A DNA stretch of 64,000 nucleotides from Acidobacteriaceae bacterium. GTDB taxonomy: Bacteria; Acidobacteriota; Terriglobia; Terriglobales; Acidobacteriaceae. A model generated the notes under the pieces. The model saw only the letters and a list, made by a program, of their open reading frames with translations, did no database searches and was not told the origin of the DNA. Of this stretch, positions 49,700 to 59,403 are shown piece after piece. The stretch is from contig PLDC01000023.1 in the NCBI GenBank assembly GCA_003134995.1, positions 18,431-82,430 of the forward strand, given 5' to 3'. Position 1 is the stretch's first letter, and the number at the start of each line of letters is the position of its first letter. The translations under genes and the position numbers were made by a program.

Positions 49700-52600
49700 G
49701 GGTTACCTCACCGGAGCGCGACTCCATTTCGTCATCATCACTTTTTTTGCGATGAATCAGCAGGTACGCTGTCGGCACCAGGAAAACGGTTACGATGCCG
49801 GAAACAGTCAGCCCTCCGAGAATTGCTCGCGCTAGCGGCGCATATTGTTCGCTGCCTGGTTCCAGAGCGAGCGCCATTGGAATGAGGCCGAGGATAGTGG
49901 CTAGCGTGGTCATCAGAATGGGACGCAAACGTACTTTGCAGGCTTCGGCCAGGGCCTGCTTGAGGGGGCGACCACTTGCGCGGAGCGTGCCGACGAATTC
50001 CACAATAAGAATGCTGTCGGAAACGGCGATTCCAGTCATCATGATCACGCCCATGAGTGACATAACGTTGAGCGTCGTGCCCGTGACTATCAAGAATAAG
50101 ATCACGCCCGAAAGCCCCGGAGGAATCGCCAGCAAGATGATGAAAGGATCGGAGAACGAAGCGAACTGGGCCATCAGGATGAGATAAACCAGCACGATCG
50201 CGAGGAGGAGACCGATGCCGAAACTCTGGAACGATCTGTTCATGTCTGAGATCGCTCCGCCCATCGACACGGTGATCTGCGAAGAGTGGTGCATATCGTC
50301 GAGGACGTGTTTGATGTCAGTGCTTACGCGGCCGAGGTCTTCTTTCTTCGGCATGACGTAGATGTCGAAACTGCGACGCAGTTGGTAATGATCGACTTCG
50401 GTCGGAGTATCGATCTGCTTGATCGATGCTAGCGACTCAAGCGGTGTTGTGTTCGTGGCGCCGGGGGCGCGCAAGGGAATCTGCTTTAAGTCGGTAAGGG
50501 TTTTAATTTGATTGTCGGGATATTGCACACTGAGAAAATAATTATTGCCCGTCTTCGGATCGACCCAGAAACTAGGGGCGATCATTGTGTCCGATGTGAG
50601 CGCAGTGATGACATTGTCAAGCGCCGCCTCCGGCGATATACCAAGCAGCGCCGCATGTTCGCGATCGATATTCAATTCCAGCCCTGGATAGTCGAGGTCC
50701 TGCGGAATCAGCACATCATTAACCGAACCCAACGCTTTCACCCTCGCTGCCACGGACTTGGCGAAAGCAAACGGTTCATCCAGGTCACTGCCTCCGATTC
50801 GGATGTCGATCGGAGCGGGTTGCCCCTGGTTCACGACGGAATCTACCAATCCACCCGTTTGGAAATACGTGCTCACTTCTGGAAAATCGTTCGCGAACCT
50901 TTCGCGCAGACGTTGCATGTAAGCGAAGCTGCTGGTCTTATGGTCCTCCTTGAGGCTGACCTGAATGAAGGCGGTATGCATTCCGGAATTGCTGGTATAG
51001 ATAGCCGAAAGATCTGGCGTAATGCCAATGTTCGACACGATCATATTCATGTCGTGCAGTGACACTACATCGCGGATATCCTGTTCCATCTTCCCGACAT
51101 ATTCATCGGTCACCTCAAGACGAGTTCCGGGCGGAACTTTGACATTGACGACAAATTGCCCGGGATCGGTGCGCGGAAAGAACGCCACGCCCAGGAATGG
51201 AAACAACGCGAAGCTCAGCACCACGAAAGCAGCGAAACTGCATACGACCAATACGGGGCGATCCAGACAAACGGTGATAGCTTTTTCGTAGGCTCGTTGC
51301 AGCCGCTCGAATTGCTGATTGAAAGCGATGACGATGCGTCGAAAAATGTTCGCGATGTTTATTCTTTGTTCCCGTTCGACTTCCCGTACCGCTTCTGTGG
51401 CGCCGCCCACCGTGCTATAAGAAGCGTCTTTGTGTTCAGGCTCTAGACGGATGAACATCGAGCAGAAGAGTGGAACGACAGTCATGGCGACGGCATAAGA
51501 AGCAAAGAGCGCCAGCACGACCGCGAGGGCCAGAGCGCTAAAGATATATTTGCTGACACCCGAGAGCAGGATGACAGGAAAGAAAACGACGCTGGTGCTG
51601 CACGTAGCTGCCAGCACGGCAAGCTGGACTTCTTTGCCTCCGTTGATGGCGGCTTCAACCGCCGGTTCGCCCAACTCCATATGACGGAAAATGTTCTCAA
51701 GAACGACGACCGAGTTGTCAATCAAGCGGGAGAGGGCGAGCGCGATGCCGCCAAGAACCATAGTGTTGATCGTGCTTGCGCCCAGGTTCAACGCAATGAA
51801 GGCGGTGAGGCACGAAATTGGAATCGAAAGCAATACCGAAATCGTCGCGCGAAGATTGCCGAGAAAGAGAAGTATCATCAGCGCCGTGAGGCACAAACCA
51901 ATGCTGCCCTCGTTGATCACATTCTTTACGGCAATCTTTACAAAAACGGATTGATCAAAGACGACCGCTGTTTTCAGCGTCTTTGGAATATCCAGCAGAT
52001 GTTTCACTGCCTCTCGAATGCCGTTCACAATACTGATCGTGTTCGATCCCCCGCCCTGCTTTAAGATCGGAATGTAGACGGAATGCTGACCGTCAACGCG
52101 GACGATGTTGTATTGCAGTTGGCCTGAGTCGATCGCTTTCCCAACATCGCCAACGAATACGGACTCACCCATATGGTCCTGTTTGTCCGTCTTGATCGGC
52201 ATGGCATTGATTTCGTCAACCACAGGAATCTGGCTATTGGCATAGACGTTGTAGTCCTTCGGTCCGATGCGCACATCACCGGCGGGCAGAATCAAGTTGG
52301 ATTCATTCACCGAGCGCACCACGTCCATCACCGAGAGTTGGTGAGCTTCCAGTTTGACCGGATCGACATAAATCTGAATTTGCCGATACTTGCCTCCGTA
52401 AGGCTGCGGCACGGAAGCGCCGGGAACGTTGGCGATCTGATTTCGCACCTCAAACTGCGCCAGATCTTTGAGCCGCGTCTGGTCGAGACCCTGACCTTCG
52501 AGTGTGACCAGACACACGGGAAGATTCGAAGCGTCGAACTTCAACACGACCGGAGGCAGCGTTCCCGGCGGAAGCCGCCGCAAGTTTGCCATGGCGAGAT

Positions 52601-52922
52601 TCGAGATATTGCTGACGGCGGCGTTCGCGTCCGTGCCCGGCTGAAAGTAAATCTTGATCAGGCTCACACCGGGCAGCGATCGCGACTCGATGTGGTTGAT
52701 TCCGCTTCCCAGCGTAAAGAAACGCTCGTAGCTATCTGTGATATCCGCCTCGATCTGCTGCGGCGGCATGCCAGCGTAGAAGGTCGCGACCACGACAACC
52801 GGGATATTAATTTCCGGAAACAGATCGACGGGCATACGCGCGACTGTGGTAACGCCCACGACGATCACCATGAGACAAAGCATCAGGATGAAGAACGGGT
52901 GCTTGATGGCAAAAGAGGACAT
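49692..52922 (-). CDS. RND efflux transporter, inner-membrane permease (AcrB/HAE-type)
   Basis: 1076 aa. MSSFAIKHPFFILMLCLMVIVVGVTTVARMPVDLFPEINIPVV. 12-TM layout with two large periplasmic loops. Confidence 0.93.
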   Translation of the reverse strand: MSSFAIKHPFFILMLCLMVIVVGVTTVARMPVDLFPEINIPVVVVATFYAGMPPQQIEADITDSYERFFTLGSGINHIESRSLPGVSLIKIYFQPGTDANAAVSNISNLAMANLRRLPPGTLPPVVLKFDASNLPVCLVTLEGQGLDQTRLKDLAQFEVRNQIANVPGASVPQPYGGKYRQIQIYVDPVKLEAHQLSVMDVVRSVNESNLILPAGDVRIGPKDYNVYANSQIPVVDEINAMPIKTDKQDHMGESVFVGDVGKAIDSGQLQYNIVRVDGQHSVYIPILKQGGGSNTISIVNGIREAVKHLLDIPKTLKTAVVFDQSVFVKIAVKNVINEGSIGLCLTALMILLFLGNLRATISVLLSIPISCLTAFIALNLGASTINTMVLGGIALALSRLIDNSVVVLENIFRHMELGEPAVEAAINGGKEVQLAVLAATCSTSVVFFPVILLSGVSKYIFSALALAVVLALFASYAVAMTVVPLFCSMFIRLEPEHKDASYSTVGGATEAVREVEREQRINIANIFRRIVIAFNQQFERLQRAYEKAITVCLDRPVLVVCSFAAFVVLSFALFPFLGVAFFPRTDPGQFVVNVKVPPGTRLEVTDEYVGKMEQDIRDVVSLHDMNMIVSNIGITPDLSAIYTSNSGMHTAFIQVSLKEDHKTSSFAYMQRLRERFANDFPEVSTYFQTGGLVDSVVNQGQPAPIDIRIGGSDLDEPFAFAKSVAARVKALGSVNDVLIPQDLDYPGLELNIDREHAALLGISPEAALDNVITALTSDTMIAPSFWVDPKTGNNYFLSVQYPDNQIKTLTDLKQIPLRAPGATNTTPLESLASIKQIDTPTEVDHYQLRRSFDIYVMPKKEDLGRVSTDIKHVLDDMHHSSQITVSMGGAISDMNRSFQSFGIGLLLAIVLVYLILMAQFASFSDPFIILLAIPPGLSGVILFLIVTGTTLNVMSLMGVIMMTGIAVSDSILIVEFVGTLRASGRPLKQALAEACKVRLRPILMTTLATILGLIPMALALEPGSEQYAPLARAILGGLTVSGIVTVFLVPTAYLLIHRKKSDDDEMESRSGEVTHA

Positions 52923-54166
52923 TACTCGCTTACCTCCTGCGCCGCCGTTGGAATGAACGCCGCATGCGGGGACACAACTTCTCCAGGCTGATAGCCAGGC
53001 TGTCCAGAGGCGATTACGTTATCCCCAGCCTGCAGGCCGCTGGTAATCTCCACGCGGTTCGAGGTTTGAATTCCGAGAGTCACATTGCGCTTCTCGACAT
53101 GGTTCGTCGCATCCACCGCCAGCACATAAGGCTGATTGACACTAGATGGGTCGCCGTTCTGCACAACAGCCTGAGCCGGCAAAATGAGAGTGTCATTCTT
53201 TTGCTGAAGTTGAATGGTCGTCTCTGCGTACATCCCTGGACTGAGACTCAGATCACGGTTCGGGACATCGACCTCGGTCAGCATGGTTCGGGTCGTGGTG
53301 TCGAGTGCGCGCGAGAAACGAATGATCTTGCCTGTAAATGTGTGCCCAGTTGCGCTGACTTTCACCTGCACATCGCCGCCAACCTGAATGTAGGGTACGT
53401 CGCTCTCCGGCACGGGCATGCGAAGCCGGAGCAGGTCGCTCTGGGCCACTTGTACCACGGGAAGTGTATTCGTGTTGTTGTCTTGTCCCGCTTGAATCAG
53501 CGTGCCGGTATCGGCGTAGCGCTTCGTCACCACACCTGTAAAGGGAGCGACGATCTGCTCGTATCCGGACATGGTTTCGAGCTGGCCGCGAGTCGCGTTC
53601 GAAACGCCGAGTTGTTCCTGCGTGGCGTTGAGCGAGGCTTTGGCGACGCCGACCTGTGCCGCCGCTTGCTGGTCTTTGGCTCGCGCGTCGTCCAACTCCT
53701 GCTCCGCGATCAGCCCCGGTCTTTCTTTGGAAGCTTCTTCCAGACGGGTGTACTCAGCGTGCACCGCGGAGTACGTCGACTCGGCGCTGACGACCTCGCT
53801 TTGTGCGCGAGTGATATCAGATTGGCTGTGGCGGACCTCGGCCTGAGCGCCCTCCACTTGGTTCTGCAGCTCTGGGACTTCAAGCAGAGCCAGGACTTGG
53901 CCCTGACGAACGCGGTCGCCAATGTCGACTTTGATCCAGCGAATATATCCCGAGACTTTGGCGTGAAGATCCACCTGTTGATAGGGCTGAAATTGGCCGG
54001 CGACGGTGAGGGAACTGGCCAGATTGCCACGCGTGACCGCGACGACTGCGGCCGCCCTGGGCTGCTCGGCAGGGGCCTTGGCATAGTGATTTCGAACGAT
54101 TAAGAAGAGAGCTACCACCAGAACGCAGAGAAGCCCCGCAATCCAGAGGATCCGCTTACGATGCAT
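52922..54166 (-). CDS. RND efflux periplasmic adaptor (MFP/HlyD family)
   Basis: 414 aa. N-terminal TM, lipoyl/coiled-coil region (...VGVAKASLNATQEQLG...), beta-barrel C-terminus. Overlaps the RND start by 1 nt. Confidence 0.88.
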   Translation of the reverse strand: MHRKRILWIAGLLCVLVVALFLIVRNHYAKAPAEQPRAAAVVAVTRGNLASSLTVAGQFQPYQQVDLHAKVSGYIRWIKVDIGDRVRQGQVLALLEVPELQNQVEGAQAEVRHSQSDITRAQSEVVSAESTYSAVHAEYTRLEEASKERPGLIAEQELDDARAKDQQAAAQVGVAKASLNATQEQLGVSNATRGQLETMSGYEQIVAPFTGVVTKRYADTGTLIQAGQDNNTNTLPVVQVAQSDLLRLRMPVPESDVPYIQVGGDVQVKVSATGHTFTGKIIRFSRALDTTTRTMLTEVDVPNRDLSLSPGMYAETTIQLQQKNDTLILPAQAVVQNGDPSSVNQPYVLAVDATNHVEKRNVTLGIQTSNRVEITSGLQAGDNVIASGQPGYQPGEVVSPHAAFIPTAAQEVSE

Positions 54167-54311
54167 GGAGCCACCTTACTTTCAATCCGGCAAATTCGGG
54201 ATTGGAATCGACAACAATATATCTCCTTAAAGGGACCGGCGATCACCTAACGGTCCTATTCGATGTTCGAGAATAGGCCAGGTTTGCCGTAAATACATCG
54301 AAGTGCGGGAA

Positions 54312-54686
54312 TCAGAAGCCTGGAGGAGGACGTTGCGTGAGGTGGGGATCGCGGAAGTCCCATCTGCGAGACCTGCAGAGGTTCATTTCAACTTGGTAAG
54401 ACTTGAATGTAAGAAACAAAATCGCCTGGGCCAAAACCAATAGCGGAATGAGGTTCAACGGCTCCGGAGCCGTATCTGGTTTGAGGGCCTTTTCAAGCAA
54501 GGCCACTGTTTGGGCGGAACGCTTCTCCGTCAAAAGTTTGGCAACTGTGACGTTCGATGGAGATTGCGGCGTCTTATAAAGGGAGAGCTTCGCCTGCAAT
54601 CCCCAACTGAATACGGCACACGCCAAAAAGAGAAGAGCACACTTGAATGCGAATCTGGCCGCAATTCGAGGTTGCTTTGGCATCAC
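54312..54686 (-). CDS. Hypothetical membrane protein
   Basis: 124 aa with two hydrophobic segments (CALLFLACAVFSWGL; LIPLLVLAQAILFLTF). Lies upstream of and co-directional with the efflux operon. No family recognised. Confidence 0.45.
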   Translation of the reverse strand: MMPKQPRIAARFAFKCALLFLACAVFSWGLQAKLSLYKTPQSPSNVTVAKLLTEKRSAQTVALLEKALKPDTAPEPLNLIPLLVLAQAILFLTFKSYQVEMNLCRSRRWDFRDPHLTQRPPPGF

Positions 54687-54823
54687 TCTTCTCCTTTCTC
54701 AAACAGAGCCTGTAAATAATGTAGCAAAGAATGCCCTTGTGGGGTTGCAGGAAGAGTTTGCTGGTGTTGAGGGGGGCGGCAGTGCTGCCGCTGCTGCCGA
54801 CCCCGAAATTTCTCAGACCTCGA

Positions 54824-54948
54824 TTCCGCCGCTTGAGGCTATCGGCACTCCGGATCGTGCATCCTCGTAAAACTGGCTCGGCAACGCGGCGGCCCCGACA
54901 ACGTTTGCTCTGCAGGTGCTCCGCATCGGGACCGATTCGCAAACGTAG
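54824..54948 (+). pseudogene. Relic of a PP2C phosphatase 3' end (diverged second copy of 48196-48293)
   Basis: atc ctc gta aaa ctg gct cgg caa cgc ggc ggc ccc gac aac encodes ILVKLARQRGGPDN, the same peptide as 48209-48250. It has six third-position differences and a 24-nt perfect core (54879-54902 = 48225-48248). A 1-nt indel follows, then further matching blocks (ctgcaggtgct, ccgattc). The TAG sits at the equivalent position (54946-54948). No upstream ORF is attached. Confidence 0.7.
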
Positions 54949-55175
54949 AATCGACCTCGTTTCCTCCCGCGGATTTCCTCTGAACCGCAATTCGATGCAC
55001 ATGCCACTTCGGCTTAATAGCCAAAGGATTCACGTAAGTATCTGAATGCACTGAGGTTACTTAGTGAACGCTTCTTTCCCGAAAAGGGAATCGCACTTGC
55101 TATGACGTTCACGTGAATAAAGTCTACTAACGTAATGGGCTTTATGGTATAGTCACCGCCGTAAGAAAATCGAAT

Positions 55176-55682
55176 ATGAAAATCTCTCAAAAAGGACTCT
55201 ACGCTTTACAGGCCATGATGATGCTTGCGCGTCATCACCACCAGGGCGCCATCAAGATCCGCGAAATCGCCTACGAAGAGGATCTTCCGGAAAAGTTTCT
55301 GGAACTGATCCTGCTCGAACTCAAGAACGCGCGCATGGTCGAAAGCGTGCGTGGTGCCAAGGGTGGTTACCAGCTGCGCCGCGAACCCGCCGACATTCCC
55401 TTGAGCGAGATCATGCGTCTGATCGACGGCCCCGTAGCCCCATTCGCCGACGCCGAACAATTGCGCGTGCTCATCAACCGCGATCTGCCTCACCGCGCTC
55501 TCTATCAGGTGTTTCTCGACGTGCGCGATGCAGCTGCAAAGATCCTGGAAAATACCACGCTGGCAGATCTGATTGCCGGCGGAGGGCCTCGTTCTACGAA
55601 AGGCAAACGTGTGGTCAAGAAAAAAGAAAAAGAAAAGGGAAGCATCCTCCCTATGGTAGTCGGAGGCCAGAAGAGTGAGTAA
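55176..55682 (+). CDS. Rrf2-family transcriptional regulator, cysteine-free, with a Lys-rich tail
   Basis: MKISQKGLYALQAMMMLARHH...IREIAYEEDLPEKFLELILLELKNARMVESVRGAKGGYQL (winged HTH of Rrf2). The 168-aa product contains no Cys. Confidence 0.85.
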   Translation: MKISQKGLYALQAMMMLARHHHQGAIKIREIAYEEDLPEKFLELILLELKNARMVESVRGAKGGYQLRREPADIPLSEIMRLIDGPVAPFADAEQLRVLINRDLPHRALYQVFLDVRDAAAKILENTTLADLIAGGGPRSTKGKRVVKKKEKEKGSILPMVVGGQKSE

Positions 55683-56014
55683 ACGAGACTTTTGCTGTAA
55701 AAGTGAGGTTTGACGCCGCTAACCCGACCTCACACGGAAGGAAAACCCTCCCCCAAGTTTTCCCGATTTGTAACACTGAATTAATGGTCCCTTAACACTC
55801 GCTTCATGAAAAACATGTAAGTTTGTGTGTCCCTAATCACCAGTAAGTTAATTGCAATTGTAGCAACGGCTGAAGTGGGCAAAGCACTGTTCCGAAACGC
55901 TCACAAACAGTAAAGGCCGCCAGTCGCGGTCCCCAGTCGTAAAAGTTTTTGCGAAAAGTTTTTTCTTGTAACCCAAACGTGTACTTCGAACAAACTCAAA
56001 AGGAGAGGATTTAC

Positions 56015-57856
56015 ATGAAACCAATCAAGCACGTATTTCTTGCAGCCCTGACCCTGGCGGCACTATCCGCTGGCGTCTGGGCAGAAGACTCGGCCTCAGG
56101 CAAGCCGGCAGCCAAGTCAACTGCCCCAGCCGCGGCCGCAGCCCCGGCGCCTGCCCCAATAACCGCAGCCGACGTCCAGTCGCTGAAAGATGCACTGGCC
56201 GCACAACAGAAACAGATCGAAATCCTAACCCAGCAACTGCAGCGCATCCAGGCGGGAAGCCAACCGAACAACGATGCCGCCATCGTTAAGAACGCGAGTG
56301 AGACGCCATCAAGCACTCCGACCCTTCAACCCGCGGTCCTGCAGATGCAGGAGACACAACCCGTAGCAGTTCCAGATCAAGGGCCCAGGATCAACAAGGA
56401 CATGGAAGGCACGCTCACCCTCCACTTCAAGGGCGTCAACATCACGCCCGGCGGATTCGCCGCAGCCGAATTTTTCCGGCGCTCGCGGGCCCTCGGATCC
56501 GACATCATCACCCCCTTTAACAACCTGACGATGCCGGGAGCTTCGCAGAGCAATCTGCCGGAGTTCTTCGCTACCGCCCGTCAGTCGCGGCCAACCATTT
56601 ACATTTCCAGCCGCGAGGGCCATGTGGATTTTTCCGCTTACATCTCTGGTGACTTTCTCTCCTCCGGTCTTACCTCTACCGCAACTCAGTCCAATAGCTA
56701 CACTTTACGACTGCGGCAAGTGTGGGGACAGGCCAAGTTCCCTGGTGGTTGGAGCATCCTGGGCGGCCAGATGTGGAGTCTGGTGACCGAAAACAAGGCC
56801 GGAATTGCCCCCAGCGACGACACCGGCAAAACCAACGACTCTCGCCCCTCGACCATCGACGGAGCGTATAACGTCGGATTCAGCTTCGCCCGCCAGGACG
56901 GAATTCGCGTGACCAAGGATTTCGGTGGCAAGGTCGCAGTTGCCTTCGCTGTGGAGAATGCTCAGGCCACGGTAACCACGTCGTTAAACTCGAACGACTA
57001 CGTGCTCGTCCAACCCGGCACGAACAATACCAACAACAGCACTTCCACCTACGGGTTCAATCCCTCGCCCGATCTCATCGCCAAGATCGCCTTCGATCCC
57101 GGTTTTGGGCACTACGAGATCTTTGGCCTCTCCGATCGTTTCCAGGATCGCGTCTTCCCCTGCGAGAACATTCAATTTGCGGGCGGAGTTGTTGTTGCAT
57201 CTCTGCCAGCCTGCACCTCAGCCAGTACCCTTACCGCTGCTAGCGCGGTCAATGCCTACAACAGCACCAAGGCCGGCGGCGGCTTCGGCATCAACGCTCG
57301 TTGGGCGTTCTACAACAAGCACATCGTTTTCGGCGTGCACGGATTCGGTGGCAGCGGTGTGGGCCGCTACGGTGCGTCGCAGCTTCCCGATGTCTCGATC
57401 AACGCCGATGGAACCATCCACCCGGTCAAGAACCTGCAGGGTCTGGCCACGTTGGAATGGCACGGCAAGAAGCTTGATGTCTACAGCTATGTGGGAAGTG
57501 AGTATGCGGCCCGGACGTACAGTTTTGATCCCATCCAAAATGTCGACGTAGGCTACGGCGCGCCCACTTTCAACAACTCAGGCTGCTATACGGAAACTGC
57601 GCCGACAACAGGCACCCTGACGGGAAGCACGCCGATCGCGGGATCTCTCGCTCACTGCTCCGCTCAAACCCGTGCCGTGACGGAAGGAACGCTTGGATTC
57701 TGGTACCGCTTCCACAACGGACCTCGCGGCCGCTATCAGTGGGGCATGCAGTATTCCTATGTGAACCGCTCCACCTGGGCAGACGAAGTCCACGGCGACG
57801 AACCCCATGGACTCGACAACATGGTCTTCACCTCGTTCCGCTACTACTTGCCGTAA
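56015..57856 (+). CDS. Outer-membrane porin-like beta-barrel protein with an N-terminal coiled-coil segment
   Basis: AGGAGAGG RBS then ATG 56015. Signal peptide MKPIKHVFLAALTLAALSAGVWA. Ala/Pro linker, heptad-like VQSLKDALAAQQKQIEILTQQLQRIQ, alternating beta-strand pattern. C-terminal ...MVFTSFRYYLP (aromatic OMP terminus). Confidence 0.7.
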   Translation: MKPIKHVFLAALTLAALSAGVWAEDSASGKPAAKSTAPAAAAAPAPAPITAADVQSLKDALAAQQKQIEILTQQLQRIQAGSQPNNDAAIVKNASETPSSTPTLQPAVLQMQETQPVAVPDQGPRINKDMEGTLTLHFKGVNITPGGFAAAEFFRRSRALGSDIITPFNNLTMPGASQSNLPEFFATARQSRPTIYISSREGHVDFSAYISGDFLSSGLTSTATQSNSYTLRLRQVWGQAKFPGGWSILGGQMWSLVTENKAGIAPSDDTGKTNDSRPSTIDGAYNVGFSFARQDGIRVTKDFGGKVAVAFAVENAQATVTTSLNSNDYVLVQPGTNNTNNSTSTYGFNPSPDLIAKIAFDPGFGHYEIFGLSDRFQDRVFPCENIQFAGGVVVASLPACTSASTLTAASAVNAYNSTKAGGGFGINARWAFYNKHIVFGVHGFGGSGVGRYGASQLPDVSINADGTIHPVKNLQGLATLEWHGKKLDVYSYVGSEYAARTYSFDPIQNVDVGYGAPTFNNSGCYTETAPTTGTLTGSTPIAGSLAHCSAQTRAVTEGTLGFWYRFHNGPRGRYQWGMQYSYVNRSTWADEVHGDEPHGLDNMVFTSFRYYLP

Positions 57857-57866
57857 AACCAAAAAT

Positions 57867-57894
57867 GGTCCCGCGTCACCCTTGACGCGGGACC
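57867..57894 (+). terminator. Hairpin terminator after the porin gene
   Basis: GGTCCCGCGTC(57867-57877)-accctt-GACGCGGGACC(57884-57894), a perfect 11-bp GC-rich stem 10 nt after the stop. No U-tract. Confidence 0.5.
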
Positions 57895-58057
57895 ATCCGG
57901 TTCTCCGACCAGTTCTAACAACTCTCAACTTTTCGGAGGGCGCCTTCCCTTCGGAAACGCCGCCGGTCCGGTTTCGGGCTACTCTCCTTTTTCCGGGCCG
58001 GTGGTGTTAACTTAATCTATGACAAGTTAGTGCCACAGTCCTGCTGCCGTCGTGGAC

Positions 58058-58204
58058 CCGTGGAAGACCGGCGCTTCAGCGCCGCCCCAGCGGCTGCGAA
58101 AATGCAGTACCGAAAATGCAACTCCGAAATGCCGGCAGCACCGTGGAAGAGCGGCGCTTCAGCGCCGCGTAAAAGGCAGTTAAGTTCAGGGCTTTAGCCC
58201 CTGA
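58058..58204 (+). repeat. Intergenic palindromic-unit repeats upstream of the sulfite-oxidase-like gene
   Basis: Two 28-nt direct copies of ccgtggaaga(c/g)cggcgcttcagcgccgc (58058-58085 and 58141-58168, 27/28 identical), each holding the hairpin CGGCGC-ttca-GCGCCG. Three CGAAA(A)TGC units lie between them. A third hairpin CAGGGC-ttta-GCCCTG is at 58188-58203. Confidence 0.7.
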
Positions 58205-58213
58205 GGTACTACG

Positions 58214-59380
58214 ATGAACTCCAGACGCGACTTCCTCAGGTACGCATCAGCGGCCGCATTAGCAACTGGCGCAACTCCATCCCTCTTAACCTGGGCCTTT
58301 CCACAGGAACAATCCGTCGACGTCCCGGGCGAAGACGGAATGCTCCTTCGCTCGTTCCGCTTCGTCGATATCGAAACTCCGGTCGAATATTTCAACACCT
58401 GGCTCACGCCAGTGCCGCATTTCTTCGTGCGCAATCACATGTACGAACCGGTCCAACTCGATGCCAACGAATGGCGTCTCTCCATCGGTGGAGAAGTAGA
58501 AAAGCCGATCACCCTAAGCCTGGCCGATCTCTCCAAACTCGAAACTCACTCCGTCGTCAACACCCTCGAGTGCGCCGGCAACGGACGCAGCCTCCATCGC
58601 CCGCAAGTTCCCGGCATTCAGTGGGGCAAAGGCGCGGTCAGCACTGCCCGTTTCTCCGGCCCGCGTATGCGCGACGTCTTGCATCGTGCCGCGGTGAAAC
58701 CCTCAGGCAAGCATGTAATGTTTCGCGGACTCGATGAAGTCCCCGGCAAAGTTCCTCCGTTCATTCGCAGCATCCCAATCGAGAAAGCGCTCGACTCCGA
58801 TACTCTGATCGCCACTCACATGAACGGACAGCCGCTCACCAAGCATCACGGCTTTCCCGCCCGCGCGCTCGCGCCCGGCTGGATCGGCGCAGCATCCTGC
58901 AAGTGGCTCACTGAAATTAAATTGCTTGATGCCGAATTCGCAGGAAATTTCATGAGCCCCGCCTATCGCTGGCCGAACCAGCCAGTCAAGCCAGGCGATG
59001 CCGTGAAGCCCGAAGATACGCACCCGCTAACCGCATTGAGCGTGAAGTCGGTAATCGCAGGTCCAACCGACGGCGCAAGCGTGAGTTCAGGAAAAATAAT
59101 TGTGCATGGCGCAGCCTGGGCCGGAGAAGCCGACATCACCAAGGTCGAAATCTCAACCGACAACGGCGCAACTTGGACGCCCGCGAAATTAGGACATGAC
59201 CAATCCCGCTACGCTTGGCGCCTCTGGACCTACGACTGGAAAACTACGAAGCCCGGCGACTACACCCTCCAATCCCGAGCCACAGATAGTAAGGGCCGCA
59301 CTCAACCCTCCACCCCAGAGTGGAATCCCAGCGGCTACCTCTACAACGCCATCGATCAGGTGAAAATCCATGTCGCATAG
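58214..59380 (+). CDS. Periplasmic molybdopterin oxidoreductase of the sulfite oxidase/dehydrogenase family (SorA-like), Tat-exported
   Basis: Twin-arginine signal MNSRRDFLRYASAAALATGA. Mo-ligand Cys motif NTLECAGNGRS. C-terminal dimerisation/Ig-like domain. Confidence 0.85.
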   Translation: MNSRRDFLRYASAAALATGATPSLLTWAFPQEQSVDVPGEDGMLLRSFRFVDIETPVEYFNTWLTPVPHFFVRNHMYEPVQLDANEWRLSIGGEVEKPITLSLADLSKLETHSVVNTLECAGNGRSLHRPQVPGIQWGKGAVSTARFSGPRMRDVLHRAAVKPSGKHVMFRGLDEVPGKVPPFIRSIPIEKALDSDTLIATHMNGQPLTKHHGFPARALAPGWIGAASCKWLTEIKLLDAEFAGNFMSPAYRWPNQPVKPGDAVKPEDTHPLTALSVKSVIAGPTDGASVSSGKIIVHGAAWAGEADITKVEISTDNGATWTPAKLGHDQSRYAWRLWTYDWKTTKPGDYTLQSRATDSKGRTQPSTPEWNPSGYLYNAIDQVKIHVA

Positions 59381-59403
59381 AATGTCTCTTGATATGTCGA
59401 GCT

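Noticed and set aside
52964-54103. 379-aa plus-strand ORF opposite the MFP adaptor gene
   Set aside because: Antisense shadow with no motifs. The minus-strand product has the expected adaptor architecture and operon coupling.
57053-57064. GGGTTCAATCCC, resembling a tRNA T-arm
   Set aside because: It lies inside the porin coding frame with no acceptor stem, D-arm or anticodon arm around it. No tRNA-like cloverleaf was seen anywhere in the window.
58058-58168. Possible CRISPR array (direct repeats with spacer)
   Set aside because: There are only two 28-nt copies, no cas genes, and the units are hairpin-type REP-like sequences found in other spacers. This is not an array.
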